This document shows positions 40,801 through 52,500 of a stretch of DNA of 64,000 bases, in pieces (position 1 is the first letter of the stretch; each line of letters starts with the position of its first letter). Under the pieces are notes generated by a model. The model was not told the origin of the DNA and ran no database searches. It saw nothing but the letters and a program-made list of their open reading frames with translations. Where the stretch lies: assembly GCA_964016885.1 (NCBI GenBank), contig OZ024744.1, forward strand, positions 744,001-808,000. Reading direction: 5' to 3'. Source of the DNA: Eledone cirrhosa (taxonomy: Eukaryota). Position numbers and translations under genes: made by a program.

Positions 40801-43800
40801 GGGGAAGACAAGGTAGAGAAAGATAGCTTGATGAAGTACGAAGTTTTGGGGGAAGACAAGGTAGAGAAAGATAGCTTGGTGAAGAACGACGTTTTGTGGG
40901 AAGACAAGGTAGAGAAACATAGTTGGTGAAGAACGAAGTTTTGAGGGAAGACAAGGTAGAGAAAGATAGCTTGAAGAAGAACGAAGTTTTGAGGGAAGAC
41001 AAGGTAGAGAAAGATAGCTTGATGAAGAACGAAGTTTTGAGGGAAGACAAGGTAGAGAAAGATAGCTTGGTGAAGAACGAAGTTTTGAGGGAAGACAAGG
41101 TAGAGAAAGATAGCTTGATGAAGAACGAAGTTTTGAGGGAAGACAAGGTAGAGAAAGATAGCTTGGTGAAGAACGAAGTTTTAAGGGAAGACAAAGTATA
41201 GAAAGATAGCTTGGTGAAGAACGAAGTTTTGGGGAAGACAATGTAGAGAAAGATAGCTTCATGAAGAACGAAGTTTTGGGGGAAGACAAGGTAGAGAAAG
41301 ATAGCTTGGTGAAGAACGAAGTTTTGAGGGAAGACAAGGTAGAGAAAGATAGCTTGGTGAAGAACGAAGTTTTGAGGGGAGACCAAGTATAGAAAGATAG
41401 CTTGGTGAAGAACGAAGTTTTGGGGGAAGACAATGTAGAGAAAGATAGCTTGATGAAGAACGAAGTTTTGGGGAAGACAAGGTAGAGAAAGATAGCTTGG
41501 TGAAGAACGAAGTTTTGAGGGAAGACAAGGTAGAGAAAGATAGCTTGGTGAAGAACGAAGTTTTGGGGGAAGACAAGGTAGAGAAAGATAGCTTGGGTGA
41601 AGAACGAAGTTTTGAGGGAAGACAAGGTAGAGAAAGATAGCTTGGTGAAGAACGAAGTTTTGGGGGAAGACAAGGTAGAGAAAGATAGCTTGGTGAAGAA
41701 CGAAATTTTTGAGGGAAAACAAGGTAGAGAAAGATAGTTGGTAAAGAACGAAGTTTTGAGGGAAGACAAGGTAGAGAAAGATAGCTTGGTGAAGAACGAC
41801 GTTTTGTGGGAAGACAAGGTAGAGAAACATAGTTGGTGAAGAACGAAGTTTTGAGGGAAGACAAGGTAGAGAAAGATAGCTTGATGAAGAACGAAGTTTT
41901 GAGGGAAGACAAGGTAGAGAAAGATAGCTTGGTGAAGAACGAAGTTTTGAGGGAAGACAAGGTATAGAAAGATAGCTTGATGAAGAACGAAGTTTTGAGG
42001 GAAGACAAGGTAGAGAAAGATAGCTTGATGAAGTACGAAGTTTTGGGGGAAGACAAGGTAGAGAAAGATAGCTTGGTGAAGAACGAAGTTTTGAGGGAAG
42101 ACAAGGTAGAGAAAGATAGCTTGATGAAGAACGAAGTTTTGAGGGAAGACAAGGTAGAGAAAGATAGCTTGGTGAAGAACGAAGTTTTGAGGGAAGACAA
42201 AGTATAGAAAGATAGCTTGGTGAAGAACGAAGTTTTGGGGGAAGACAATGTAGAGAAAGATAGCTTGATGAAGAACGAAGTTTTGGGGGAAGACAAGGTA
42301 GAGAAAGATAGCTTGGTGAAGAACGAAGTTTTGAGGGAAGACAAGGTAGAGAAAGATAGCTTGGTGAAGAACGAAGTTTTGAGGGGAGACAAAGTATAGA
42401 AAGATAGCTTGGTGAAGAACGAAGTTTTGGGGGAAGACAATGTAGAGAAAGATAGCTTGATGAAGAACGAAGTTTTGGGGAAGACAAGGTAGAGAAAGAT
42501 AGCTTGGTGAAGAACGAAGTTTTGAGGGAAGACAAGGTAGAGAAAGATAGCTTGGTGAAGAACGAAGTTTTGGGGGAAGACAAGGTAGAGAAAGATAGCT
42601 TGGTGAAGAACGAAGTTTTGAGGGAAGACAAGGTAGAGAAAGATAGCTTGGTGAAGAACGAAGTTTTGGGGGAAGACAAGGTAGAGAAAGATAGCTTGGT
42701 GAAGAACGAAGTTTTGAGGGAAGACAAGGTAGAGAAAGATAGTTGGTAAAGAACGGAGTTTTGAGGGAAGACAAGGTAGAGAAAGATAGCTTGGTGAAGA
42801 ACGACGTTTTGAGGGAAGACAAGGTATAGAAAGATAGCTTGGTGAAGAACGAAGTTTTGAGGGAAGACAAGGTAGAGAAAGATAGCTTGGTGAAGAACGA
42901 AGTTTTGGGGGAAGACAAGGTAGAGAAAGATAGCTTGGTGAAGAACGAAGTTTTGAGGGAAGACAAGGTAGAGAAAGATAGCTTGATGAAGAACGAAGTT
43001 TTGAGGGAAGACAAGGTAGAGAAAGATAGCTTGATGAAGAACGAAGTTTTGAGGGAAGACAAGGTAGAGAAAGATAGCTTGGTGAAGAACGAAGTTTTGA
43101 GGGAAGACAAAGTATAGAAAGATAGCTTGGTGAAGAACGAAGTTTTGGGGGAAGACAATGTAGAGAAAGATAGCTTGATGAAGAACGAAGTTTTGGGGGA
43201 AGACAAGGTAGAGAAAGATAGCTTGGTGAAGAACGAAGTTTTGAGGGAAGACAAGGTAGAGAAAGATAGCTTGGTGAAGAACGAAGTTTTGAGGGGAGAC
43301 AAAGTATAGAAAGATAGCTTGGTGAAGAACGAAGTTTTGGGGGAAGACAATGTAGAGAAAGATAGCTTGATGAAGAACGAAGTTTTGGGGAAGACAAGGT
43401 AGAGAAAGATAGCTTGGTGAAGAACGAAGTTTTGAGGGAAGACAAGGTAGAGAAAGATAGCTTGGTGAAGAACGAAGTTTTGGGGGAAGACAAGGTAGAG
43501 AAAGATAGCTTGGTGAAGAACGAAGTTTTGAGGGAAGACAAGGTAGAGAAAGATAGTTGGTAAAGAACGGAGTTTTGAGGGAAGACAAGGTAGAGAAAGA
43601 TAGCTTGGTGAAGAACGACGTTTTGAGGGAAGACAAGGTATAGAAAGATAGCTTGGTGAAGAACGACGTTTTCGGGGAAGAAAAGGTAGAGAAAGATAGC
43701 TTGGTGAAGAACAAAGTTTTGGGGGAAGACAAGGTAGAGAAAGATAGCTTGGTGAAGAACGAAGTATTGAGGGAAGACTCGGTAGAGAAAGATAGCTTGG

Positions 43801-46490
43801 TGAAGAACGAAGTTTTGAGGGAAGACAAGGTAGAGAAAGATAGCTTGGTGAAGAACGAAGTTTTGAGGGAAGACAAGGTAGAGAAAGATAGCTTGATGAA
43901 GAACGAAGTTTTGAGGGAAGACAAGGTAGAGAAAGATAGCTTGGTGAAGAACGAAGTTTTGAGGGAAGACAAAGTATAGAAAGATAGCTTGGTGAAGAAC
44001 GAGGTTATGGGGGAAGACAATGTAGAGAAAGATAGCTTGATGAAGAACGAAGTTTTGGGGGAAGACAAGGTAGAGAAAGATAGCTTGGTGAAGAACGAAG
44101 TTTTGAGGGAAGACAAGGTAGAGAAAGATAGCTTGGTGAAGAACGAAGTTTTGAGGGGAGACAAAGTATAGAAAGATAGCTTGGTGAAGAACGAAGTTTT
44201 GGGGGAAGACAATGTAGAGAAAGATAGCTTGATGAAGAACGAAGTTTTGGGGAAGACAAGGTAGAGAAAGATAGCTTGGTGAAGAACGAAGTTTTGAGGG
44301 AAGACAAGGTAGAGAAAGATAGCTTGGTGAAGAACGAAGTTTTGGGGGAAGACAAGGTAGAGAAAGATAGCTTGGTGAAGAACGAAGTTTTGAGGGAAGA
44401 CAAGGTAGAGAAAGATAGCTGGGTGAAGAACGAAGTTTTGGGGGAAGACAAGGTAGAGAAAGATAGCTTGGTGAAGAACGAAGTTTTGAGGGAAGACAAG
44501 GTAGAGAAAGATAGTTGGTAAAGAACGAAGTTTTGAGGGAAGACAAGGTAGAGAAAGATAGCTTGGTGAAGAACGACGTTTTGAGGGAAGACAAGGTATA
44601 GAAATATAGCTTGGTGAAGAACGACGTTTTCGGGGAAGAAAAGGTAGAGAAAGATAGCTTGGTGAAGAACAAAGTTTTGGGGGAAGACAAGGTAGAGAAA
44701 GATAGCTTGGTGAAGAACGAAGTATTGAGGGAAGACTCGGTAGAGAAAGATAGCTTGGTGAAGAACGAAGTTTTGAGGGAAGACAAGGTAGAGAAAGATA
44801 GCTTGGTGAAGAACGAGGTTTTGAGGGAAGACAATGTAGAGAAAGATAGCTTGGTGAAGAACGAAGTTTTGGGGGAAGACAAGGTAGAGAAAGATAGCTT
44901 GGTGAAGAACGAAGTTTTGGGGGATGACAAAGTAGAGAAAGATAGCTTGGTGAAGAACGAAGTTTGGGGGGAAGACAAGGTAGAGAAAGATAGCTTGATG
45001 AAGAACGAAGTTTTGGGGGAAGACAAGGAAGAGAAAGATAGCTTGGTGAAGAACGAAGTTTTGAGGGAAGACAAGGTAGAGAAAGATAGCTTGGTGAAGA
45101 ACGAAGTTTTGGGGGAAGACAAGGTAGAGAAAGATAGCTTGGTGAAGAACGAAGTTTTGCGGGAAGACAAGGTAGAGAAATATAGCTCGGTGAAGAACGA
45201 AGTTTTGAGGGAAGACAAGGTAGAGAAAGATAGCTTGGTGAAGAACGAGGTTTTGGGGGAAGACAAGGTAGAGAAAGATAGCTTGGTGAAGAACGAAGTT
45301 TTGAGGAAGACAAGGTAGAGAAAGATAGCTTGGTGAAGAACGATGTTATGAGGGAAGACAAGGTAGAGAAAGATAGTTGGTGAAGAACGAAGTTTTGAGG
45401 GAAGACAAGGTAGAGAAAGATAGCTTGGTGAAGAACGACGTTTTGAGGGAAGACAAGGTAGAGAAAGATAGCTTGGTGAAGAACGAGGTTTTGGGGGAAG
45501 ACAAGGTAGAGAAAGATAGCTTGATGAAGTACGAAGTTTTGGGGGAAGACAAGGTAGAGAAAGATAGCTTGGTGAAGAACGACGTTTTGTGGGAAGACAA
45601 GGTAGAGAAACATAGTTGGTGAAGAACGAAGTTTTGAGGGAAGACAAGGTAGAGAAAGATAGCTTGATGAAGAACGAAGTTTTGAGGGAAGACAAGGTAG
45701 AGAAAGATAGCTTGATGAAGAACGAAGTTTTGAGGGAAGACAAGGTAGAGAAAGATAGCTTGGTGAAGAACGAAGTTTTGAGGGAAGACAAGGTAGAGAA
45801 AGATAGCTTGATGAAGAACGAAGTTTTGAGGGAAGACAAGGTAGAGAAAGATAGCTTGGTGAAGAACGAAGTTTTAAGGGAAGACAAAGTATAGAAAGAT
45901 AGCTTGGTGAAGAACGAAGTTTTGGGGAAGACAATGTAGAGAAAGATAGCTTGATGAAGAACGAAGTTTTGGGGGAAGACAAGGTAGAGAAAGATAGCTT
46001 GATGAAGTACGAAGTTTTGGGGGAAGACAAGGTAGAGAAAGATAGCTTGGTGAAGAACGAAGTTTTGAGGGAAGACAAGGTAGAGAAAGATAGCTTGATG
46101 AAGAACGAAGTTTTGAGGGAAGACAAGGTAGAGAAAGATAGCTTGGTGAAGAACGAAGTTTTGAGGGAAGACAAAGTATAGAAAGATAGCTTGGTGAAGA
46201 ACGAAGTTTTGGGGGAAGACAATGTAGAGAAAGATAGCTTGATGAAGAACGAAGTTTTGGGGGAAGACAAGGTAGAGAAAGATAGCTTGGTGAAGAACGA
46301 AGTTTTGAGGGAAGACAAGGTAGAGAAAGATAGCTTGGTGAAGAACGAAGTTTTGAGGGGAGACAAAGTATAGAAAGATAGCTTGGTGAAGAACGAAGTT
46401 TTGGGGGAAGACAATGTAGAGAAAGATAGCTTGATGAAGAACGAAGTTTTGGGGAAGACAAGGTAGAGAAAGATAGCTTGGTGAAGAACG
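23430..46490 (+). repeat. Large near-identical tandem duplication of ~11.5 kb (copy 1 ~23430-34965, copy 2 ~34965-46490)
   Basis: Offsets of 11535 (23501/35036, 24793/36328, 25559/37094), then 11487 after loss of one monomer (26133/37620, 28431/39918, 29436/40923), then 11489 after two 1-bp insertions (30488/41977, 33122/44611, 34702/46191). Shared private variants: TTTTAGGG 27109/38596, AAGAAGGAAG ~28920/40407, TTGAAGAAG ~29485/40972, GTTTGGGGGG ~33475/44964, GATGTTATG ~33853/45342. Confidence 0.93.
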
Positions 46491-49400
46491 AAGTTTTGAG
46501 GGAAGACAAGGTAGAGAAAGATAGCTTGGTGAAGAACGAAGTTTTGGGGGAAGACAAGGTAGAGAAAGATAGCTTGGTGAAGAACGAAGTTTTGAGGGAA
46601 GACAAGGTAGAGAAAGATAGCTTGGTGAAGAACGAAGTTTTGGGGGAAGACAAGGTAGAGAAAGATAGCTTGGTGAAGAACGAAGTTTTGAGGGAAGACA
46701 AGGTAGAGAAAGATAGTTGGTAAAGAACGGAGTTTTGAGGGAAGACAAGGTAGAGAAAGATAGCTTGGTGAAGAACGACGTTTTGAGGGAAGACAAGGTA
46801 TAGAAAGATAGCTTGGTGAAGAACGAAGTTTTGAGGGAAGACAAGGTAGAGAAAGATAGCTTGGTGAAGAACGAAGTTTTGGGGGAAGACAAGGTAGAGA
46901 AAGATAGCTTGGTGAAGAACGAAGTTTTGAGGGAAGACAAGGTAGAGAAAGATAGCTTGATGAAGAACGAAGTTTTGAGGGAAGACAAGGTAGAGAAAGA
47001 TAGCTTGATGAAGAACGAAGTTTTGAGGGAAGACAAGGTAGAGAAAGATAGCTTGGTGAAGAACGAAGTTTTGAGGGAAGACAAAGTATAGAAAGATAGC
47101 TTGGTGAAGAACGAAGTTTTGGGGGAAGACAATGTAGAGAAAGATAGCTTGATGAAGAACGAAGTTTTGGGGGAAGACAAGGTAGAGAAAGATAGCTTGG
47201 TGAAGAACGAAGTTTTGAGGGAAGACAAGGTAGAGAAAGATAGCTTGGTGAAGAACGAAGTTTTGAGGGGAGACAAAGTATAGAAAGATAGCTTGGTGAA
47301 GAACGAAGTTTTGGGGGAAGACAATGTAGAGAAAGATAGCTTGATGAAGAACGAAGTTTTGGGGAAGACAAGGTAGAGAAAGATAGCTTGGTGAAGAACG
47401 AAGTTTTGAGGGAAGACAAGGTAGAGAAAGATAGCTTGGTGAAGAACGAAGTTTTGGGGGAAGACAAGGTAGAGAAAGATAGCTTGGTGAAGAACGAAGT
47501 TTTGGGGGAAGACAAGGTAGAGAAAGATAGCTTGGTGAAGAACGAAGTTTTGGGGGATGACAAAGTAGAGAAAGATAGCTTGGTGAAGAACGAAGTTTTG
47601 GGGGAAGACAAGGTAGAGAAAGATAGCTTGATGAAGAACGAAGTTTTGGGGGAAGACAAGGAAGAGAAAGATAGCTTGGTGAAGAACGAAGTTTTGAGGG
47701 AAGACAAGGTAGAGAAAGATAGCTTGGTGAAGAACGAAGTTTTGGGGGAAGACAAGGTAGAGAAAGATAGCTTGGTGAAGAACGAAGTTTTGCGGGAAGA
47801 CAAGGTAGAGAAATATAGCTCGGTGAAGAACGAAGTTTTGAGGGAAGACAAGGTAGAGAAAGATAGCTTGGTGAAGAACGAGGTTTTGGGGGAAGACAAG
47901 GTAGAGAAAGATAGCTTGGTGAAGAACGAAGTTTTGAGGAAGACAAGGTAGAGAAAGATAGCTTGGTGAAGAACGAAGTTATGAGGGAAGACAAGGTAGA
48001 GAAAGATAGTTGGTGAAGAACGAAGTTTTGAGGGAAGACAAGGTAGAGAAAGATAGCTTGGTGAAGAACGACGTTTTGAGGGAAGACAAGGTAGAGAAAG
48101 ATAGCTTGGTGAAGAACGAAGTTTTGGGGGAAGACAAGGTAGAGAAAGATAGCTTGATGAAGTACGAAGTTTTGGGGGAAGACAAGGTAGAGAAAGATAG
48201 CTTGGTGAAGAACGACGTTTTGTGGGAAGACAAGGTAGAGAAAGATAGCTTGATGAAGAACGAAGTTTTGAGGGAAGACAAGGTAGAGAAAGATAGCTTG
48301 ATGAAGAACGAAGTTTTGAGGGAAGACAAGGTAGAGAAAGATAGCTTGGTGAAGAACGAAGTTTTGAGGGAAGACAAGGTAGAGAAAGATAGCTTGATGA
48401 AGAACGAAGTTTTGAGGGAAGACAAGGTAGAGAAAGATAGCTTGGTGAAGAACGAAGTTTTAAGGGAAGACAAAGTATAGAAAGATAGCTTGGTGAAGAA
48501 CGAAGTTTTGGGGAAGACAATGTAGAGAAAGATAGCTTGATGAAGAACGAAGTTTTGGGGGAAGACAAGGTAGAGAAAGATAGCTTGGTGAAGAACGAAG
48601 TTTTGAGGGAAGACAAGGTAGAGAAAGATAGCTTGGTGAAGAACGAAGTTTTGAGGGGAGACCAAGTATAGAAAGATAGCTTGGTGAAGAACGAAGTTTT
48701 GGGGGAAGACAATGTAGAGAAAGATAGCTTGATGAAGAACGAAGTTTTGGGGAAGACAAGGTAGAGAAAGATAGCTTGGTGAAGAACGAAGTTTTGAGGG
48801 AAGACAAGGTAGAGAAAGATAGCTTGGTGAAGAACGAAGTTTTGGGGGAAGACAAGGTAGAGAAAGATAGCTTGGTGAAGAACGAAGTTTTGAGGGAAGA
48901 CAAGGTAGAGAAAGATAGCTTGGTGAAGAACGAAGTTTTGGGGGAAGACAAGGTAGAGAAAGATAGCTTGGTGAAGAACGAAATTTTGAGGGAAAACAAG
49001 GTAGAGAAAGATAGTTGGTAAAGAACGAAGTTTTGAGGGAAGACAAGGTAGAGAAAGATAGCTTGGTGAAGAACGACGTTTTGTGGGAAGACAAGGTAGA
49101 GAAACATAGTTGGTGAAGAACGAAGTTTTGAGGGAAGACAAGGTAGAGAAAGATAGCTTGATGAAGAACGAAGTTTTGAGGGAAGACAAGGTAGAGAAAG
49201 ATAGCTTGGTGAAGAACGAAGTTTTGAGGGAAGACAAGGTAGAGAAAGATAGCTTGATGAAGAACGAAGTTTTGAGGGAAGACAAGGTAGAGAAAGATAG
49301 CTTGATGAAGTACGAAGTTTTGGGGGAAGACAAGGTAGAGAAAGATAGCTTGGTGAAGAACGAAGTTTTGAGGGAAGACAAGGTAGAGAAAGATAGCTTG

Positions 49401-49564
49401 ATGAAGAACGAAGTTTTGAGGGAAGACAAGGTAGAGAAAGATAGCTTGGTGAAGAACGAAGTTTTGAGGGAAGACAAAGTATAGAAAGATAGCTTGGTGA
49501 AGAACGAAGTTTTGAGGGAAGACAAGGTAGAGAAAGATAGTTGGTAAAGAACGGAGTTTTGAGG

Positions 49565-52500
49565 GAAGACAAGGTAGAGAAAGATAGCTTGGTGAAGAAC
49601 GAAGTTTTGAGGGAAGACAAGGTAGAGAAAGATAGCTTGGTGAAGAACGAAGTTTTGGGGGAGGACAAGGTAGAGAAAGATAGCTTGGTGAAGAACGAAG
49701 TTTTGAGGGAAGACAAGGTAGAGAAAGATAGTTGGTAAAGAACGGAGTTTTGAGGGAAGACAAGGTAGAGAAAGATAGCTTGGTGAAGAACGACGTTTTG
49801 AGGGAAGACAAGGTATAGAAAGATAGCTTGGTGAAGAACGACGTTTTCGGGGAAGAAAAGGTAGAGAAAGATAGCTTGGTGAAGAACAAAGTTTTGGGGG
49901 AAGACAAGGTAGAGAAAGATAGCTTGGTGAAGAACGAAGTATTGAGGGAAGACTCGGTAGAGAAAGATAGCTTGGTGAAGAACGAAGTTTTGAGGGAAGA
50001 CAAGGTAGAGAAAGATAGCTTGGTGAAGAACGAGGTTTTGAGGGAAGACAATGTAGAGAAAGATAGCTTGGTGAAGAACGAAGTTTTGGGGGAAGACAAG
50101 GTAGAGAAAGATAGCTTGGTGAAGAACGAAGTTTTGGGGGATGAGAAAGTAGAGAAAGATAGCTTGGTGAAGAACGAAGTTTTGGGGGAAGACAAGGTAG
50201 AGAAAGATAGCTTGATGAAGAACGAAGTTTTGGGGGAAGACAAGGAAGAGAAAGATAGCTTGGTGAAGAACGAAGTTTTGAGGGAAGACAAGGTAGAGAA
50301 AGATAGCTTGGTGAAGAACGAAGTTTTGGGGGAAGACAAGGTAGAGAAAGATAGCTTGGTGAAGAACGAAGTTTTGCGGGAAGACAAGGTAGAGAAATAT
50401 AGCTCGGTGAAGAACGAAGTTTTGAGGGAAGACAAGGTAGAGAAAGATAGCTTGGTGAAGAACGAGGTTTTGGGGGAAGACAAGGTAGAGAAAGATAGCT
50501 TGGTGAAGAACGAAGTTTTGAGGAAGACAAGGTAGAGAAAGATAGCTTGGTGAAGAACGAAGTTATGAGGGAAGACAAGGTAGAGAAAGATAGTTGGTGA
50601 AGAACGAAGTTTTGAGGGAAGACAAGGTAGAGAAAGATAGCTTGATGAAGTACGAAGTTTTGGGGGAAGACAAGGTAGAGAAAGATAGCTTGGTGAAGAA
50701 CGAAGTTTTGAGGGAAGACAAGGTAGAGAAAGATAGCTTGATGAAGAACGAAGTTTTGAGGGAAGACAAGGTAGAGAAAGATAGGTTGGTGAAGAACGAA
50801 GTTTTGAGGGAAGACAAAGTATAGAAAGATAGCTTGGTGAAGAACGAAGTTTTGGGGGAAGACAATGTAGAGAAAGATAGCTTGATGAAGAACGAAGTTT
50901 TGGGGGAAGACAAGGTAGAGAAAGATAGCTTGGTGAAGAACGAAGTTTTGAGGGAAGACAAGGTAGAGAAAGATAGCTTGGTGAAGAACGAAGTTTTGAG
51001 GGGAGACAAAGTATAGAAAGATAGCTTGGTGAAGAACGAAGTTTTGGGGGAAGACAATGTAGAGAAAGATAGCTTGATGAAGAACGAAGTTTTGGGGAAG
51101 ACAAGGTAGAGAAAGATAGCTTGGTGAAGAACGACGTTTTGTGGGAAGACAAGGTAGAGAAACATAGTTGGTGAAGAACGAAGTTTTGAGGGAAGACAAG
51201 GTAGAGAAAGATAGCTTGATGAAGAACGAAGTTTTGAGGGAAGACAAGGTAGAGAAAGATAGCTTGGTGAAGAACGAAGTTTTGAGGGAAGACAAGGTAG
51301 AGAAAGATAGCTTGATGAAGAACGAAGTTTTGAGGGAAGACAAGGTAGAGAAAGATAGCTTGATGAAGTACGAAGTTTTGGGGGAAGACAAGGTAGAGAA
51401 AGATAGCTTGGTGAAGAACGAAGTTTTGAGGGAAGACAAGGTAGAGAAAGATAGCTTGATGAAGAACGAAGTTTTGAGGGAAGACAAGGTAGAGAAAGAT
51501 AGCTTGATGAAGTACGAAGTTTTGGGGGAAGACAAGGTAGAGAAAGATAGCTTGGTGAAGAACGAAGTTTTGAGGGAAGACAAGGTAGAGAAAGATAGCT
51601 TGATGAAGAACGAAGTTTTGAGGGAAGACAAGGTAGAGAAAGATAGCTTGGTGAAGAACGAAGTTTTGAGGGAAGACAAAGTATAGAAAGATAGCTTGGT
51701 GAAGAACGAAGTTTTGGGGGAAGACAATGTCGAGAAAGATAGCTTGATGAAGAACGAAGTTTTGGGGGAAGACAAGGTAGAGAAAGATAGCTTGGTGAAG
51801 AACGAAGTTTTGAGGGAAGACAAGGTAGAGAAAGATAGCTTGGTGAAGAACGAAGTTTTGAGGGGAGACAAAGTATAGAAAGATAGCTTGGTGAAGAACG
51901 AAGTTTTGGGGGAAGACAATGTAGAGAAAGATAGCTTGATGAAGAACGAAGTTTTGGGGAAGACAAGGTAGAGAAAGATAGCTTGGTGAAGAACGAAGTT
52001 TTGAGGGAAGACAAGGTAGAGAAAGATAGCTTGGTGAAGAACGAAGTTTTGGGGGAAGACAAGGTAGAGAAAGATAGCTTGGTGAAGAACGAAGTTTTGA
52101 GGGAAGACAAGGTAGAGAAAGATAGCTTGGTGAAGAACGAAGTTTTGGGGGAAGACAAGGTAGAGAAAGATAGCTTGGTGAAGAACGAAGTTTTGAGGGA
52201 AGACAAGGTAGAGAAAGATAGTTGGTAAAGAACGGAGTTTTGAGGGAAGACAAGGTAGAGAAAGATAGCTTGGTGAAGAACGACGTTTTGAGGGAAGACA
52301 AGGTATAGAAAGATAGCTTGGTGAAGAACGACGTTTTCGGGGAAGAAAAGGTAGAGAAAGATAGCTTGGTGAAGAACAAAGTTTTGAGGGAAGACAAGGT
52401 AGAGAAAGATAGCTTGGTGAAGAACGAAGTTTTGGGGGAAGACAATGTAGAGAAAGATAGCTTGATGAAGAACGAAGTTTTGGGGAAGACAAGGTAGAGA

